Made by a program: the position numbers and the translations under genes. Source: an uncultured Armatimonadetes bacterium (GTDB taxonomy: Bacteria; Armatimonadota; UBA5829; DTJY01). From it: a stretch of 64,000 nt of DNA. The notes below the pieces were generated by a model. It was not told the origin of the DNA and did not search any database. It saw only the letters and a list, made by a program, of their open reading frames with translations. Shown in pieces: positions 8,572 to 18,873 of this stretch (positions within the stretch are counted from its first letter, which is position 1; each line of letters opens with the position of its first letter). Location of the stretch: NCBI GenBank assembly GCA_963717145.1, contig OY970325.1, forward strand, positions 1,696,001 to 1,760,000. Direction: 5' to 3'.

Positions 8572-9021
8572 CTACACTCCGGTATCGAAGATGCTCGTGC
8601 TGACTTTGCGCAGGTCGTCGGGCACCTCGATCACGACGTTACTCGGGGCGAACAGATAGACCCGATCGCCGACCTTCTCGACGAACCCGTTGAGCGCGTA
8701 TGTGACGCCGTTCAGGAAGTCGATGATCCGCTCGGACATCTCCTGGGGCGTCTTCTCGAGGTTGACTATCTGCTGCCGGCCTTCCTTGAGACCGTCGGCA
8801 GCGAGTCGCGCGTCTTCGAATGTGACCGGCAGCCTGATTGACACGTGACTTACCCTCGTGGACTGGAGTCGAAGAGTGACGGGCCGCCTGCGGGCTTCGT
8901 CTCCCGGATGGCCGTCGTCCTCGTAGTCATCCTCTTCGACCTCTGAGATGCCGATCAACCCCTTGATCGTCGTCAAGAAGCCACGCTTCTCGAGATCATC
9001 CGTGGACATATGATTGTTCAT
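8572..9021 (-). CDS. sepF: Cell division protein SepF
   Basis: FEDARLAAD..K...IVNL...RIIDFLNGVTYALNG...YLFAPSNV. Confidence 0.92.
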   Translation of the reverse strand: MNNHMSTDDLEKRGFLTTIKGLIGISEVEEDDYEDDGHPGDEARRRPVTLRLQSTRVSHVSIRLPVTFEDARLAADGLKEGRQQIVNLEKTPQEMSERIIDFLNGVTYALNGFVEKVGDRVYLFAPSNVVIEVPDDLRKVSTSIFDTGV

Positions 9022-9066
9022 CGCGGGCACTCCTTCTTCCTCTAAGACCAACCGTGCAATCTATCC

Positions 9067-9139
9067 GTAGTGGCCATGCCTCTGTGCCGGCCATGCTCTG
9101 CGGCTGTCCCAATGGCCGGCACAGAGGCACGGCCACTAC
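9067..9139. repeat. REPIN-like palindrome, GTAG family A
   Basis: Arms match the element at 1188, with a different spacer. Confidence 0.9.
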
Positions 9140-9152
9140 AATCTGTCGCTGA

Positions 9153-9824
9153 TTACCGACGCGGGCCGAAGATGGCTGTGCCGATTCGCACCATGTTGGA
9201 GCCTTCCTCGATTGCCGCCTCGAAATCCGAGGTCATTCCCATTGATAACCATTTCCGGTTATCGGTGGGAAGTTCCTCCCAAAGTTTTCTGAGTTGCGAA
9301 AATGATCGGCAGATCGCGGCTTCGTCGTCGGTGAACGGAGCGATCCCCATCATCCCCAGCACTTTCACGCCGGGGAGCGCTGAGACGTCTCCCGCAAGCC
9401 CGAGTGCCTCATCCGGCGAGATGCCGGTCTTGGTCTCCTCCCCGGAGATGTTGACCTCGACGAGCACGTGCTGCGTCTTTCCGATCGAGGAGGCCCTCTT
9501 CCCGATCTCCTGCGCGAGCGGGAGGTTGTCGACACTCTGGATCAGGTCGAACACCCTGACGGCGTGCCCGGTCTTGTTCCGCTGGAGATGACCGATCATG
9601 TGCCATCGAACCTGGCCGCCAATGATGTCATACTTAGCGACCGAATCCTGGACATAGTTCTCCCCGATATCAGTCACACCGTCGGCGATCGCTTCCTGGA
9701 TGGCCACCGCATCGACCGTCTTGGTGACGGCAACCAGAACGATATCCCCGGGATCCCTGCCGGCACGTTCCGCGGCTGTGACGATACGCTCTCGAACACG
9801 GAGCAGGTTGTCGGCGATTGACAT
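9153..9824 (-). CDS. yggS: PLP homeostasis protein YggS
   Basis: LVAVTK, GENYVQ, WHMIGHLQRNK, LSMGMTSDF, VRIGTAIFG. Confidence 0.95.
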   Translation of the reverse strand: MSIADNLLRVRERIVTAAERAGRDPGDIVLVAVTKTVDAVAIQEAIADGVTDIGENYVQDSVAKYDIIGGQVRWHMIGHLQRNKTGHAVRVFDLIQSVDNLPLAQEIGKRASSIGKTQHVLVEVNISGEETKTGISPDEALGLAGDVSALPGVKVLGMMGIAPFTDDEAAICRSFSQLRKLWEELPTDNRKWLSMGMTSDFEAAIEEGSNMVRIGTAIFGPRR

Positions 9825-9910
9825 ATCCGGACACCTGTAACACTTGCTCAGTTGGCGGCATTATAGCACAAAGGGACTGCTCGAACAACGGACTGCCGGT
9901 CTTGGTGACG

Positions 9911-9982
9911 GCTGTCATTCTGAGCGTAGCGAAGAATCTGTCTGCGCACGGCCAGATTCTTCGCTACGCTCAGAATGACAGC
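9911..9982. repeat. REPIN-like palindrome (TGTCATTCTGAGCGTAGCGAAGAATCT)
   Basis: Perfect 30-bp inverted arms. Confidence 0.85.
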
Positions 9983-9990
9983 GGCGGCGA

Positions 9991-10775
9991 TCACGTTTTT
10001 CTCCCCACGAAGAAAGCCCGATCGCTCCTCTTGCTTGCCGGTCGGAACGAGTAGCCGTTGTAGACGGCATCGACTTCGATGCCGGAGGTCCGAAGCATGG
10101 CGCAGATCTCCTCTATGTCGTATGCGCGCTGGTAGTGGACAAGCTCGATCTCCCTCGGCTCGGGGCCTCTGCGGTACAGGAATCTCATGTCGATGCGGCA
10201 TATGCGGGTAAGGCTGTTGTAGGAGCTTTTCCAGTCATAGAGGACCGGCCCCAGGAAACGGCGTTACTCTGATCGAAGAACCCGGCGGCGAGTGCGAACT
10301 CCGTATTCATGTCGAATATGAAGAGCCCGTCATGCTCGAGGTGCGCAGAAACACGGTCGAATGCCTGCTGGAGCTTGTCGGCTTCGAGGATGTAGTTCAG
10401 GCTGTCGAACAGCGAGATCACGAGGTCGAACTTCCCCGGGATCGAGAGCTTTGACGCATCGCCCACGTGGAATTCGATCTCTCGCCCGGCCTTCCGCGCC
10501 TTCGACCGAGCGATCTCGATCATCTCGGGCGAAATGTCGACACCGGTCACATCAAAGTGGCGCTCGGCCATCAGGATGCTCGCGCTCCCCGTCCCGCAGC
10601 AGAGATCGAGCACACGGCCCGGTTTGCGGCCCGCACGGCGCAGGATGCGCTCGACGTAGTTGACCCACTCGGAGTAAGGCACTCCCGTCATCAACTCGTC
10701 GTAAAGGAAAGCGATCTCGTCGAACTGCGCGGAGATCGATGCAGGCTCATCCAGTCCCTTGGGCTTCATGAGCAC
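9991..10775 (-). CDS. Class I SAM-dependent methyltransferase, frameshifted near 10250
   Basis: VLDLCCGTG and SLFDSLNY. One extra G in a G-run joins ...SWGPVLYDWKSSY... to the 9991-10188 ORF. Confidence 0.8.
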
Positions 10776-10816
10776 AGTCTACCACAGGCGGAGGGGAAGT
10801 GAACAGGGGACGGTCG

Positions 10817-12502
10817 TCAAGCGGAACGGAGGATCGGCGCTGAACGACCGCGCTCGGCATCGGCGGTCATCCTCTCGATGATCAGCGAGGGCGGGATGGC
10901 CCCGAAGCTGAGGAACTCGTCATGGAAGCGTTTGAGGTCGAACCGGCTGCCGAGTTTGCGCTTCACCTGGTCCCTCAGATCGAGGAGCATCAGCTTGCCG
11001 ACCACATAGGTCATCGGCTGAGTAGGGCTCATCGCGTAGCGTTTCACCTCGGCGGCAGCGCACGCTTCATCAATACATGCCTTATCCACCAACATACCGA
11101 CCGCCTCTTCGAACGTCATCCCGCCCGTATGCAGGCCCACGTCTATGATCACCCGGCATGCGCGCCATAGCATGTCCTTGAGCTGGAACAACTCGATTCG
11201 GGGGTCATTGTAGAACCCCTCGTCCTGCATCAACTCCTCGCAGTAGAGCGCCCAACCTTCCATCAAGAGGCTGTTCAGCATCTGCCTCCGCAGGGGGTAC
11301 GGCGAGTCCATCGCCCTGGTGAGTTGGAGATGATGGCCCGGGAACCCCTCGTGAAGCGCGATGATCGGGATAGAGTAGACACAGTGCTCCAGAAGCTGTG
11401 CTTTCTGCTGCTCCTCTGTCGCCGTCTCGTCGATCGGTGTCACCCAGATGCAGCCGTTCTTCTTGTCACTGAAGGGCGCCGGTGGGAAGTATGCGGCGTA
11501 GGGCATCACGTTGCGTTCAACCTCGGGAGTGATGCCAACGTCCAACGGTGCGTCGTCAGGAACAGTGACGAGATCGTGCTCCAGGATGAAATCCCTTGCG
11601 GATTCGAATGCTTTGCGGTACGCGTCCACCAGGTCTCCCTTCGAAGGGTGGTCGTGCTTCAACCTGGATATCAATGCCGGCCAGGGAACGGATGGATCGA
11701 TGGCGGCGGAGACCTCGGCAATCCGGGTCTGAGTTTCGAGCAGAACTCTGGTCCCCAGTGCCACCAGATCGCTCGAAGTACAGGTCATGCAATGCTCGTG
11801 GTGGAGCATCTGCTCGTAGACATCGCCACCGACAGCCAGATCGCCGTGTGCGTTCGGGAGCACCTCTCCCCGGAGCCATTTATCATAGGATTCGAATGCA
11901 CGGATGACCGTCTCATTGGCAGTCAGGGTCTCCCGCTCAATCCGAGTACCGGCGGAGATCGCGGGCAATTCGTCGCGGAAGAACGCAAGCGCTCCCCGGT
12001 TGACGCCGAGCGCGATCTCGACAAAGACGGACGCAGGGTTGCGAATGCTCTCCTTCGAAATCGACAGCATCTCGGGGATCTCCCGCATCCTCTCCAGCAT
12101 GAGGGGCAGCACCTCTTGCGGTGAGCCGGGATTCCTCATCAGCAGGCTCAGGCAGCCCCATACAGCCTGAGAACCGTACAGACTGGGGTTGTTCTCCCAT
12201 GAGCGCTGCTCGTCGAGCATGCAAAGATAGCTGTGGGCAAGGGCAATCGCGAGCCGACGATTGAGTTCCTGATCGACGTCAAGCATTGAGGGATCGACAT
12301 CCGTTTCGAGCCCCTTGACGCACCTGCTCAGCGAACTGCAGTAACCTTTGATGGCGTGAGAGGAGAGGTCCCCAAGGGTGTGATCATACTTCTGGACGCC
12401 AAGTATGGTTGCGCCGACCGTATTGGACTGCCAGATCGTCTCAAGAATGCAATTGGAAAGGTGTTCCAGGCGTTCAGTGTTCTCATTGCCGGGTATGGAC
12501 AC
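10817..12502 (-). CDS. DUF885 family protein
   Basis: HEGFPGHHLQ, EGWALYCE, WRACRVIIDVGLH, EVKRY...PTQ..TY.VG. Confidence 0.9.
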   Translation of the reverse strand: MSIPGNENTERLEHLSNCILETIWQSNTVGATILGVQKYDHTLGDLSSHAIKGYCSSLSRCVKGLETDVDPSMLDVDQELNRRLAIALAHSYLCMLDEQRSWENNPSLYGSQAVWGCLSLLMRNPGSPQEVLPLMLERMREIPEMLSISKESIRNPASVFVEIALGVNRGALAFFRDELPAISAGTRIERETLTANETVIRAFESYDKWLRGEVLPNAHGDLAVGGDVYEQMLHHEHCMTCTSSDLVALGTRVLLETQTRIAEVSAAIDPSVPWPALISRLKHDHPSKGDLVDAYRKAFESARDFILEHDLVTVPDDAPLDVGITPEVERNVMPYAAYFPPAPFSDKKNGCIWVTPIDETATEEQQKAQLLEHCVYSIPIIALHEGFPGHHLQLTRAMDSPYPLRRQMLNSLLMEGWALYCEELMQDEGFYNDPRIELFQLKDMLWRACRVIIDVGLHTGGMTFEEAVGMLVDKACIDEACAAAEVKRYAMSPTQPMTYVVGKLMLLDLRDQVKRKLGSRFDLKRFHDEFLSFGAIPPSLIIERMTADAERGRSAPILRSA

Positions 12503-12538
12503 TACTGATACTCCTTCTATTCAACACCCCGAGTTTTC

Positions 12539-12569
12539 GGGCGACCGTAGAAGGATCGCCCCTACGGAC
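12539..12569 (-). repeat. Single REP (GTAGGGGCGATCCTTC family D)
   Basis: Matches the units at 51194-51321. Confidence 0.75.
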
Positions 12570-12665
12570 TGACGTACATGCACGCTCGCAGCCCGCGCCG
12601 GCGCTGAGAGGACTACATCAATTATCGGTATACTTGCCTGGGTCTTTAGCCACAAAGCGGGGGAA

Positions 12666-12780
12666 ATGGTTGATGGTGAATGGTTGATGGTTGATGGTTC
12701 ATGGTACATGGTTGATGGGGGACGGTCTCCATTCCCCATTACCCGCCCCCAATAACCATTGACCATCAACCGTTTACCAT
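12666..12780. repeat. Heptamer tandem repeats (ATGGTNN)x7 with a degenerate inverted set
   Basis: ATGGTTG-type units at 12666-12714 and CCATNNN units at 12729-12780. Confidence 0.75.
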
Positions 12781-14250
12781 ACCCACGAAGCGGGCGTAGG
12801 CGTCCTCGATCGCGTCGTCGGGCTGCGGCTCGTAGGCGATGACCTCGAACGAGTTGCGAACGATCTCCCTGCCCTGCTCGAGGGAGCCGATATGCCCGAG
12901 CCCGATGGCCTGAACGATGATGTTCCCGATCGCGGTGGCCTCGATCGGGCCTGCGATGACCGGGCGGCGCATCGCATTGGCGGCGAGTTGGCAAAGAAGT
13001 CTGTTCTGCGTGCCTCCGCCGACCATATGTATCCGATCGAGCCGATGACCGGTCAGCACTTCCAGGCGTTCCAGCACCCAGCGGTACTTCAGGGCGAGGC
13101 TGTCGAGCGCGGTCCGCACGATCGAGCCGACATCCTCCGGCACGGGCTGATTCGTCCGCTTGCAGAACTCCCGGATGCGCGACGGCATATCACCCGGAGG
13201 GAGGAACGACTGATCGTCAGGGTCCACGAGCGACTTGAGAGACTCGGCTGAGGATGCCATGTCGGTCAACTCGGCGTATGAGTAGTCCCTGCCCTCTTTC
13301 TGCCACGTCCGGCGGCACTCCTGAACGAGCCAGAGGCCCATGATGTTCCTCAGCACGCGGAACGTGCCTGCGACACCGCCCTCGTTGGTAAAGTTAAGCT
13401 TCTGGGTCGTATCATTGATGATCGGCTGCTTCGACTCGATGCCCATGAGCGACCAAGTCCCGGAGCTGATGTACGCGTAAGACTCCGTGGTGCATGGGAC
13501 GGCGGCGACGGCGGATCCGGTATCGTGGGTCGCCGGCGCGATGAACGGAATCGCACCCGAGCCGATCTCATCCGCCACCGACTGCCGGATGTTGCCGAGG
13601 ACCGTGCCAGGCTGCACGATGTCGGCGCTCAGGAAGTGACTCGGGATGCCGAGCTTCTCGAGCATCTCCTTCGCCCACGTGCCGGTTCGCGGATTGTAGA
13701 ACTGCGTGGTCGTCGAGTCGGTGAACTCGTTTGCCTTGACGCCCGTGAACCAGAAGTTGAGCAGGTCGGGCATCATCAGCATCGTCTTCGCCACATCGAG
13801 GATCCACCGCTCAGTTCGGGAAGCGGCGAACATCTGGAACAGGGTGTTCAACTGCATGAACTGGATGCCGGTCTGCGCGTAGATCTCGCTCTTCGGAACG
13901 ATCTTCGCGGCCTCTTCGACCATCCCGTTGGCTCGAGGATCGCGGTAGGCTCGGGGGTTCTCGATAAGGATATCATCCGGGCCGAGGAGACCATAGTCCA
14001 CGCCCCAGGTATCGACTCCGGCTCCGGCGACATCCTTGCCGTGCTCCTGGACCGTCGCGCGCAGGCCGTGCTTCATCTCGCTGAAGAGCCGTAGCGCATC
14101 CCAATACAGGCGGTCACCCAGCCACACGGGCGTGCTCAGCCAGCGATGTGTCTCGGTAAGGGACAGCTTCCCTTCATCCAGCAACCCGAGCACCGATCTT
14201 CCGCTCTCCGCCCCAAGGTCGAACGCCACGAATTTGAGTCCGCCTGCCAT
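12766..14250 (-). CDS. rhaB: Rhamnulokinase
   Basis: FDLGAESGR, DTWGVDYGLL, HDTGSAV, ISSGTWSLMG, NIMGLWLVQEC. Confidence 0.92.
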   Translation of the reverse strand: MAGGLKFVAFDLGAESGRSVLGLLDEGKLSLTETHRWLSTPVWLGDRLYWDALRLFSEMKHGLRATVQEHGKDVAGAGVDTWGVDYGLLGPDDILIENPRAYRDPRANGMVEEAAKIVPKSEIYAQTGIQFMQLNTLFQMFAASRTERWILDVAKTMLMMPDLLNFWFTGVKANEFTDSTTTQFYNPRTGTWAKEMLEKLGIPSHFLSADIVQPGTVLGNIRQSVADEIGSGAIPFIAPATHDTGSAVAAVPCTTESYAYISSGTWSLMGIESKQPIINDTTQKLNFTNEGGVAGTFRVLRNIMGLWLVQECRRTWQKEGRDYSYAELTDMASSAESLKSLVDPDDQSFLPPGDMPSRIREFCKRTNQPVPEDVGSIVRTALDSLALKYRWVLERLEVLTGHRLDRIHMVGGGTQNRLLCQLAANAMRRPVIAGPIEATAIGNIIVQAIGLGHIGSLEQGREIVRNSFEVIAYEPQPDDAIEDAYARFVGMVNG

Positions 14251-14314
14251 GACAACCTCCCCAGTAAGCAATCCTGGGCAATTCTACCAGAATCCTTCCG
14301 GGCGGTAAAGGCTC

Positions 14315-14474
14315 TGGAGTGCGGAAGCTACGCGGACTCCGCTTCCGCACTCCAAAGGACTTGCTCGGCCATATGTCGAACTCCCCCTTTGGAGTGCGGT
14401 GGCTTGACACCGCTCTTGACTCCGTATCACAGTGCGAGATGGTGGTCAAGGCGGTGTCAAGCCACCGCACTCCA
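14315..14474. repeat. Two TGGAGTGCGG-family palindromes (14315-14354 and 14390-14474)
   Basis: 14-bp and 24-bp inverted arms. The first matches the outer arms at 4025. Confidence 0.85.
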
Positions 14475-14496
14475 GAGGGCCCAGGAGGTCGGGGAC

Positions 14497-15933
14497 ATGG
14501 ACAAGCCGTGTGATTGCATGATGAACCGGCGGAGGTTCCTTCAGGCGGCGGGTGGCACACTCGCATGCTGGTCACTTCTTCCGCTGACAGAGTCAATGGT
14601 CTGCGCTGGCCCACTTAGCCGTACACCGGTCTTCCCGAAGTCGAAAGCCAAAGTGGGACTGGTATTCTGCCACGTTCCATCAGGACATCCTACCTGGCCG
14701 ACGAAGGACTACGACTACGACGCCCGAGCGAAGGAACTCACCACCAAATTGACGGAAGAATGCCCGCAGGTTGATTTCATAGTGAAGGATGCGCACAACG
14801 CGGGCGAGGCCGCTGCCATCCTCAAGGAGCTGCCCGACGTGGATGGCTTCCTGGTTTACGTGATCGGCATCTGGACGAACGTGCCGAATGCCATCATGCG
14901 ATCCGGCAAGCCCGTCGTGCTGGTAGACGACCTCTATGCCGGATCGGGTGAGGTGCTGATCCAGAGCGGCGTCGCTCGCAGGGAGAAGCTTCCGGTCGCC
15001 GTCGTCAGCTCGTCCGAGATTCACGACGTGGCTGATGCGGCCGATCTCTTTGTGGTCATCCACTCCATGAAGGAAACGCGGATACTCGATGTGGTCGACT
15101 ACGATATTACGGCCGCGTCTGGCAAGATCAAGGAGACCGTCGGCGCGACGGTGATCAAAATGGACTCCCAGGAGATGGCGTCCTACTACTCCAGGGCCGA
15201 CGAGAAGGAGGCCGCTCAATGGGCCGACCTCTGGATCGGCCAGGCGAAGAGGGTCGTCGAGCCGTCGAGGGACGAGCTGATCAAGTCGGGCAGAATGTAC
15301 CTCGCCCTGAGCAGCGCGTGTGCCGAAAAGAGGGCCGATGCCGTGAGCATGGATTGCCTCGGCATGTTCTACACGGGCCGGGTGACCGCATACCCATGCC
15401 TCTCCCACTTCCAGTTCAACAACGACGGCGGCACCGGCGTCTGCGAGGGAGACCTCAACTCGACGTGCACTCAGCTCATGATGCGATACATGACGGGACG
15501 GCCGGGATACGTTTCCGATCCGGTGATCGATACCGCGACGGATGAGATCATATATGCCCACTGCGTCGGCTCGAACCGCATGTTCGGTCCGAAGGGCAAG
15601 GCGAACCCGTATATCATCCGCTCGCACGCGGAGGACCGGAATGGCGCGTCGATCCAGTCGCTCATGCCCTCGAATGAGCCGATCACGACGCTGGCCTTCG
15701 ACGTGTGGAGCAGGACCATCGTGCTGCATACGGCGAGGACGACCCGTAACATCGATGAGTCGAAGGCATGCCGAACGAAGCTGGCCGCGAAGACGAATGC
15801 CCAGGCGGTCCTCGACAATTGGAGCATGGGCTGGCACCGCGTCACCGTCTACGGCGACTGGCGCAAGCAGGTGATCAACCTGGCGCGGCTCTGCGGCATG
15901 ACAGTGGTCGAGGAAGACAAGGTCGCCGGATGA
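14497..15933 (+). CDS. L-fucose/L-arabinose isomerase-like protein with Tat signal
   Basis: NRRRFLQ twin-arginine signal, CEGD, SDP, AHC and GWHRV motifs. Confidence 0.7.
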   Translation: MDKPCDCMMNRRRFLQAAGGTLACWSLLPLTESMVCAGPLSRTPVFPKSKAKVGLVFCHVPSGHPTWPTKDYDYDARAKELTTKLTEECPQVDFIVKDAHNAGEAAAILKELPDVDGFLVYVIGIWTNVPNAIMRSGKPVVLVDDLYAGSGEVLIQSGVARREKLPVAVVSSSEIHDVADAADLFVVIHSMKETRILDVVDYDITAASGKIKETVGATVIKMDSQEMASYYSRADEKEAAQWADLWIGQAKRVVEPSRDELIKSGRMYLALSSACAEKRADAVSMDCLGMFYTGRVTAYPCLSHFQFNNDGGTGVCEGDLNSTCTQLMMRYMTGRPGYVSDPVIDTATDEIIYAHCVGSNRMFGPKGKANPYIIRSHAEDRNGASIQSLMPSNEPITTLAFDVWSRTIVLHTARTTRNIDESKACRTKLAAKTNAQAVLDNWSMGWHRVTVYGDWRKQVINLARLCGMTVVEEDKVAG

Positions 15934-15935
15934 GG

Positions 15936-15963
15936 AACCACGGAGGCACGGAGGGCACGGAGA
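15936..15963 (+). repeat. Short tandem CACGGAG repeats
   Basis: AACCACGGAGGCACGGAGGGCACGGAGA. Confidence 0.5.
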
Positions 15964-15971
15964 AGGGGAGG

Positions 15972-18752
15972 ATGAGGCTGATAGGTACAATGCTCTTCGT
16001 TCTCCTGATTGGGATGGCGGCGGCGGATGGGAAGGAGACAGGCGTGTTCTATCCCGAGAAGATGGTCCAAGAGGCCAGGGCGAACATGGACAAGGACCCA
16101 TGGGCCGCCAAGCAGCGGAAGTTGATCGTCCAGGCGGCCGAGCCGTGGGCGAAGATGTCGGACGACGAGCTGTGGGGGCTCATGTTCGGGCCGACGATCC
16201 ATCGCTCGTGGATGGTCTTGTCGGACGGCAATTGCCCGTCCTGCAAGCAGGCTGTCGTCATGTACGACTGGATCGTGGACGCGATCAACCAGCCGTGGAA
16301 GATGCGATGTCCCAGGTGCCAGGAGCTTTTCCCCAAAAACGACTTCGGCAAGTTCTACCGCTCCGGCCTCGATGAGCACGGCATCTTCGATCCGAAACGG
16401 GCCGATAGATCGCTGCTCTTCAACGCCGAGCACGCGGACCCCAAGGATCCGCTGCACATGTTCGGCGTGGATGACGGGACGGGCTACCTCCAGGACGGCA
16501 AGAAGTGGCAGTTCGTGAGCGCGTACCTGATCTATGGCCAGTGGAAGCAGGCCGTGCTCGGCGGCATCCGAAACCTGTCGACGGCCTATATCGTCACCGG
16601 CGACAGGAAGTATGCCCACAAGGCGGCGATCCTCCTCGACCGCGTGGCCGATCTCTACCCCACTTTCGACTACATGACCCAGGCGGACCTCTACGACGAT
16701 CGCAACCACAGCCACGGATATGTCTCCGTCTGGCACGATGCCTGCGAGGAGACCCGCGAGCTTGCTTTGGGCTATGACATGATCTTCGACGGCATCAAGG
16801 GCGACAAGCCGCTCGTCACATTCCTCGCCGCCAAGTCGAAGACACACGGCCTGGAGAATCCGAAGGCCTCCACAGCGGACATCACCCGGAACATCGAGGA
16901 CCGCGTACTCAGAGACTCGCTGAAGAACCGACCCAAGGTCGAGTCGAACTACCCTCGCACCGACGTGATGTATGCCATCATCGAAGCGGTGCTCGGCTGG
17001 CCGAATGACAAGGACCACGTGTATGCGATCCTCGATCCGATGCTCGAGCGGGCGACCGCCGTCGATGGCGTGACCGGCGAGAAGGGCCTATCCGGGTACT
17101 CGAGCTTCACGATCCGAGGCGTGGCGAACATGCTGGCCCAGTTCTCGCGCGTCGATCCCGAGTTCCTGGGCGACCTGTTGAAGCGCCATCCCAGAATCCA
17201 TGATATGTACCGCTTCCACATCGACACATGGTCGTTCGGGCGGCACTATCCGCTCATTGGCGACGCGGGCTGGTTTGGCGAGAACATCGAGACGTATGTC
17301 GGCATGGACCTCTGGAAGGGCTTCCAGGAGAATCCGATCATGTACTATTTCGCACTGGCGCCATCAACGTTCAGGCTCCTGTGGGACCTGTACGAGACGA
17401 CCGGCGACACGGCGTTCGTCCAGATGGCATATCTCGCGAACAACAAGAAGCTCGATGGCCTGCCATATGACCTGTTCAGCGACGACCCGAAGGCGTTCCA
17501 GCAGAAGGTCGGCGACGTGATCGCGAAGGTCGGCGCGTACCCTGAGCAGGTCAGCGTGAACAAGCAGCAGTGGCACCTCGCCACACTTCGGTCGGGCGAC
17601 ATGAACACCGGCCGGGCGCTCTGGCTTCTGTATGACTCATTGGGCGGCCACGGACATGCGAACCACATGACTCTCGGGCTATATGCCAAGGGCCTCGACC
17701 TGATGCCTGACTTCGGCTACAAGCCCGTGAACTTCGGCGGCTGGGGCGCACCGAAAGCCGTCTGGTATGGCATGTCGGCATCGCACAACACGGTCGTCGT
17801 GGACGGCATTGACCATGGCAACGGCTTCGGCGCGACGACCCTCTGGGCCGACGGGAGGCAGTTCCGCGCAATCCGGGCGTCCGGCCCCCAGCCGATGGGC
17901 GGGCAGCAGTTCGAGCGGACCGCGGCTCTGATCGACATACCGGACAAAGACTCATACGTCCTCGATGTCTTCCGGGTGATCGGCGGCAAGGATCACGCGA
18001 AGTTCATGGGCAGCCACTATGGGCCGATCACGACCGAGGGGCTGAATCTCGAACCGGCGCCGGATTACGGATACGGCACGCTGATGCGCAACTTCCGGGT
18101 CGATCACTCGCCCGCGCCGGGATGGAGCGTCGATTGGGATGTCGAGGACCGCTATAAGTATCTCCCCGAGGGGTCGGATGTCCATCTGCGGTACACCGAT
18201 CTGACCGTCGGCGCACAGGCATACACCTCCGAAACGTGGATCCAGGCGGGGAACTTCAACACGAACAACGAGGAGTGGATTCCCCGCATAGTGACCCGCC
18301 GCCAGTCGTCCGATGCGCCGCTCGCCTCCACGTTCGTTGCGATCATCGAGCCATACGAGGTAAAGTCGAGCATCAAGGGCATTCGCCGGTTGGCGCTTCA
18401 GACGGCGGATGGAGAGGCATACCTCGATAACAATGCGGCGATCGAGGTGCGATTGGCGGGAAACCAGCGTGACCTCCTGGTCTTGATGGATGCCGAGAAC
18501 CCGCTTGGTCGGAAGCCGGCCGCCGGTATCGCCGTCCAGAAGGATTGGAAACTGCGCACTGACGCCGAGTTATGCCTCGTGCGCCGGAACGCATACGGCA
18601 AGATCAGCCGGATCGTAATCTGCAAGGGAAGCTTCCTCGAGATCGGCGAGACCTCGATCAAGCTCAAGGGCAAGACCGACTTCATCGAAATCACCATCGA
18701 GAATGGGAAGCCCATCGCAGTATCCGGTGATCAGAGCGCACTGATTCGGTAG
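15972..18752 (+). CDS. Secreted heparinase II/III-like protein with CxxC-CxxC insert
   Basis: Signal peptide, CPSC and CPRC, GHGH, SHNTVVVDG. Confidence 0.75.
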   Translation: MRLIGTMLFVLLIGMAAADGKETGVFYPEKMVQEARANMDKDPWAAKQRKLIVQAAEPWAKMSDDELWGLMFGPTIHRSWMVLSDGNCPSCKQAVVMYDWIVDAINQPWKMRCPRCQELFPKNDFGKFYRSGLDEHGIFDPKRADRSLLFNAEHADPKDPLHMFGVDDGTGYLQDGKKWQFVSAYLIYGQWKQAVLGGIRNLSTAYIVTGDRKYAHKAAILLDRVADLYPTFDYMTQADLYDDRNHSHGYVSVWHDACEETRELALGYDMIFDGIKGDKPLVTFLAAKSKTHGLENPKASTADITRNIEDRVLRDSLKNRPKVESNYPRTDVMYAIIEAVLGWPNDKDHVYAILDPMLERATAVDGVTGEKGLSGYSSFTIRGVANMLAQFSRVDPEFLGDLLKRHPRIHDMYRFHIDTWSFGRHYPLIGDAGWFGENIETYVGMDLWKGFQENPIMYYFALAPSTFRLLWDLYETTGDTAFVQMAYLANNKKLDGLPYDLFSDDPKAFQQKVGDVIAKVGAYPEQVSVNKQQWHLATLRSGDMNTGRALWLLYDSLGGHGHANHMTLGLYAKGLDLMPDFGYKPVNFGGWGAPKAVWYGMSASHNTVVVDGIDHGNGFGATTLWADGRQFRAIRASGPQPMGGQQFERTAALIDIPDKDSYVLDVFRVIGGKDHAKFMGSHYGPITTEGLNLEPAPDYGYGTLMRNFRVDHSPAPGWSVDWDVEDRYKYLPEGSDVHLRYTDLTVGAQAYTSETWIQAGNFNTNNEEWIPRIVTRRQSSDAPLASTFVAIIEPYEVKSSIKGIRRLALQTADGEAYLDNNAAIEVRLAGNQRDLLVLMDAENPLGRKPAAGIAVQKDWKLRTDAELCLVRRNAYGKISRIVICKGSFLEIGETSIKLKGKTDFIEITIENGKPIAVSGDQSALIR

Positions 18753-18755
18753 GAG

Positions 18756-18844
18756 GGATTTTCCGGGATGGTTCGTGCCCGGTAATCCCGAACGGTCGAC
18801 CCATACGATCGGGATTACCGGGCACGAACCATCCCGGAAAATCC
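18756..18844. repeat. Long intergenic palindrome
   Basis: Perfect 36-bp arms GGATTTTCCGGGATGGTTCGTGCCCGGTAATCCCGA. Confidence 0.8.
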
Positions 18845-18873
18845 TACATCACTTTCGAATGAATGGGACTGCC

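Noticed and set aside
14146-14496. N-terminal extension of the 595-aa ORF, and similar extensions of proC, cobO, gltX, rimO, yggT and the 18775 ORF
   Set aside because: The extensions are translations of intergenic palindromes. Downstream starts match the family N-termini, and several have a clear RBS.
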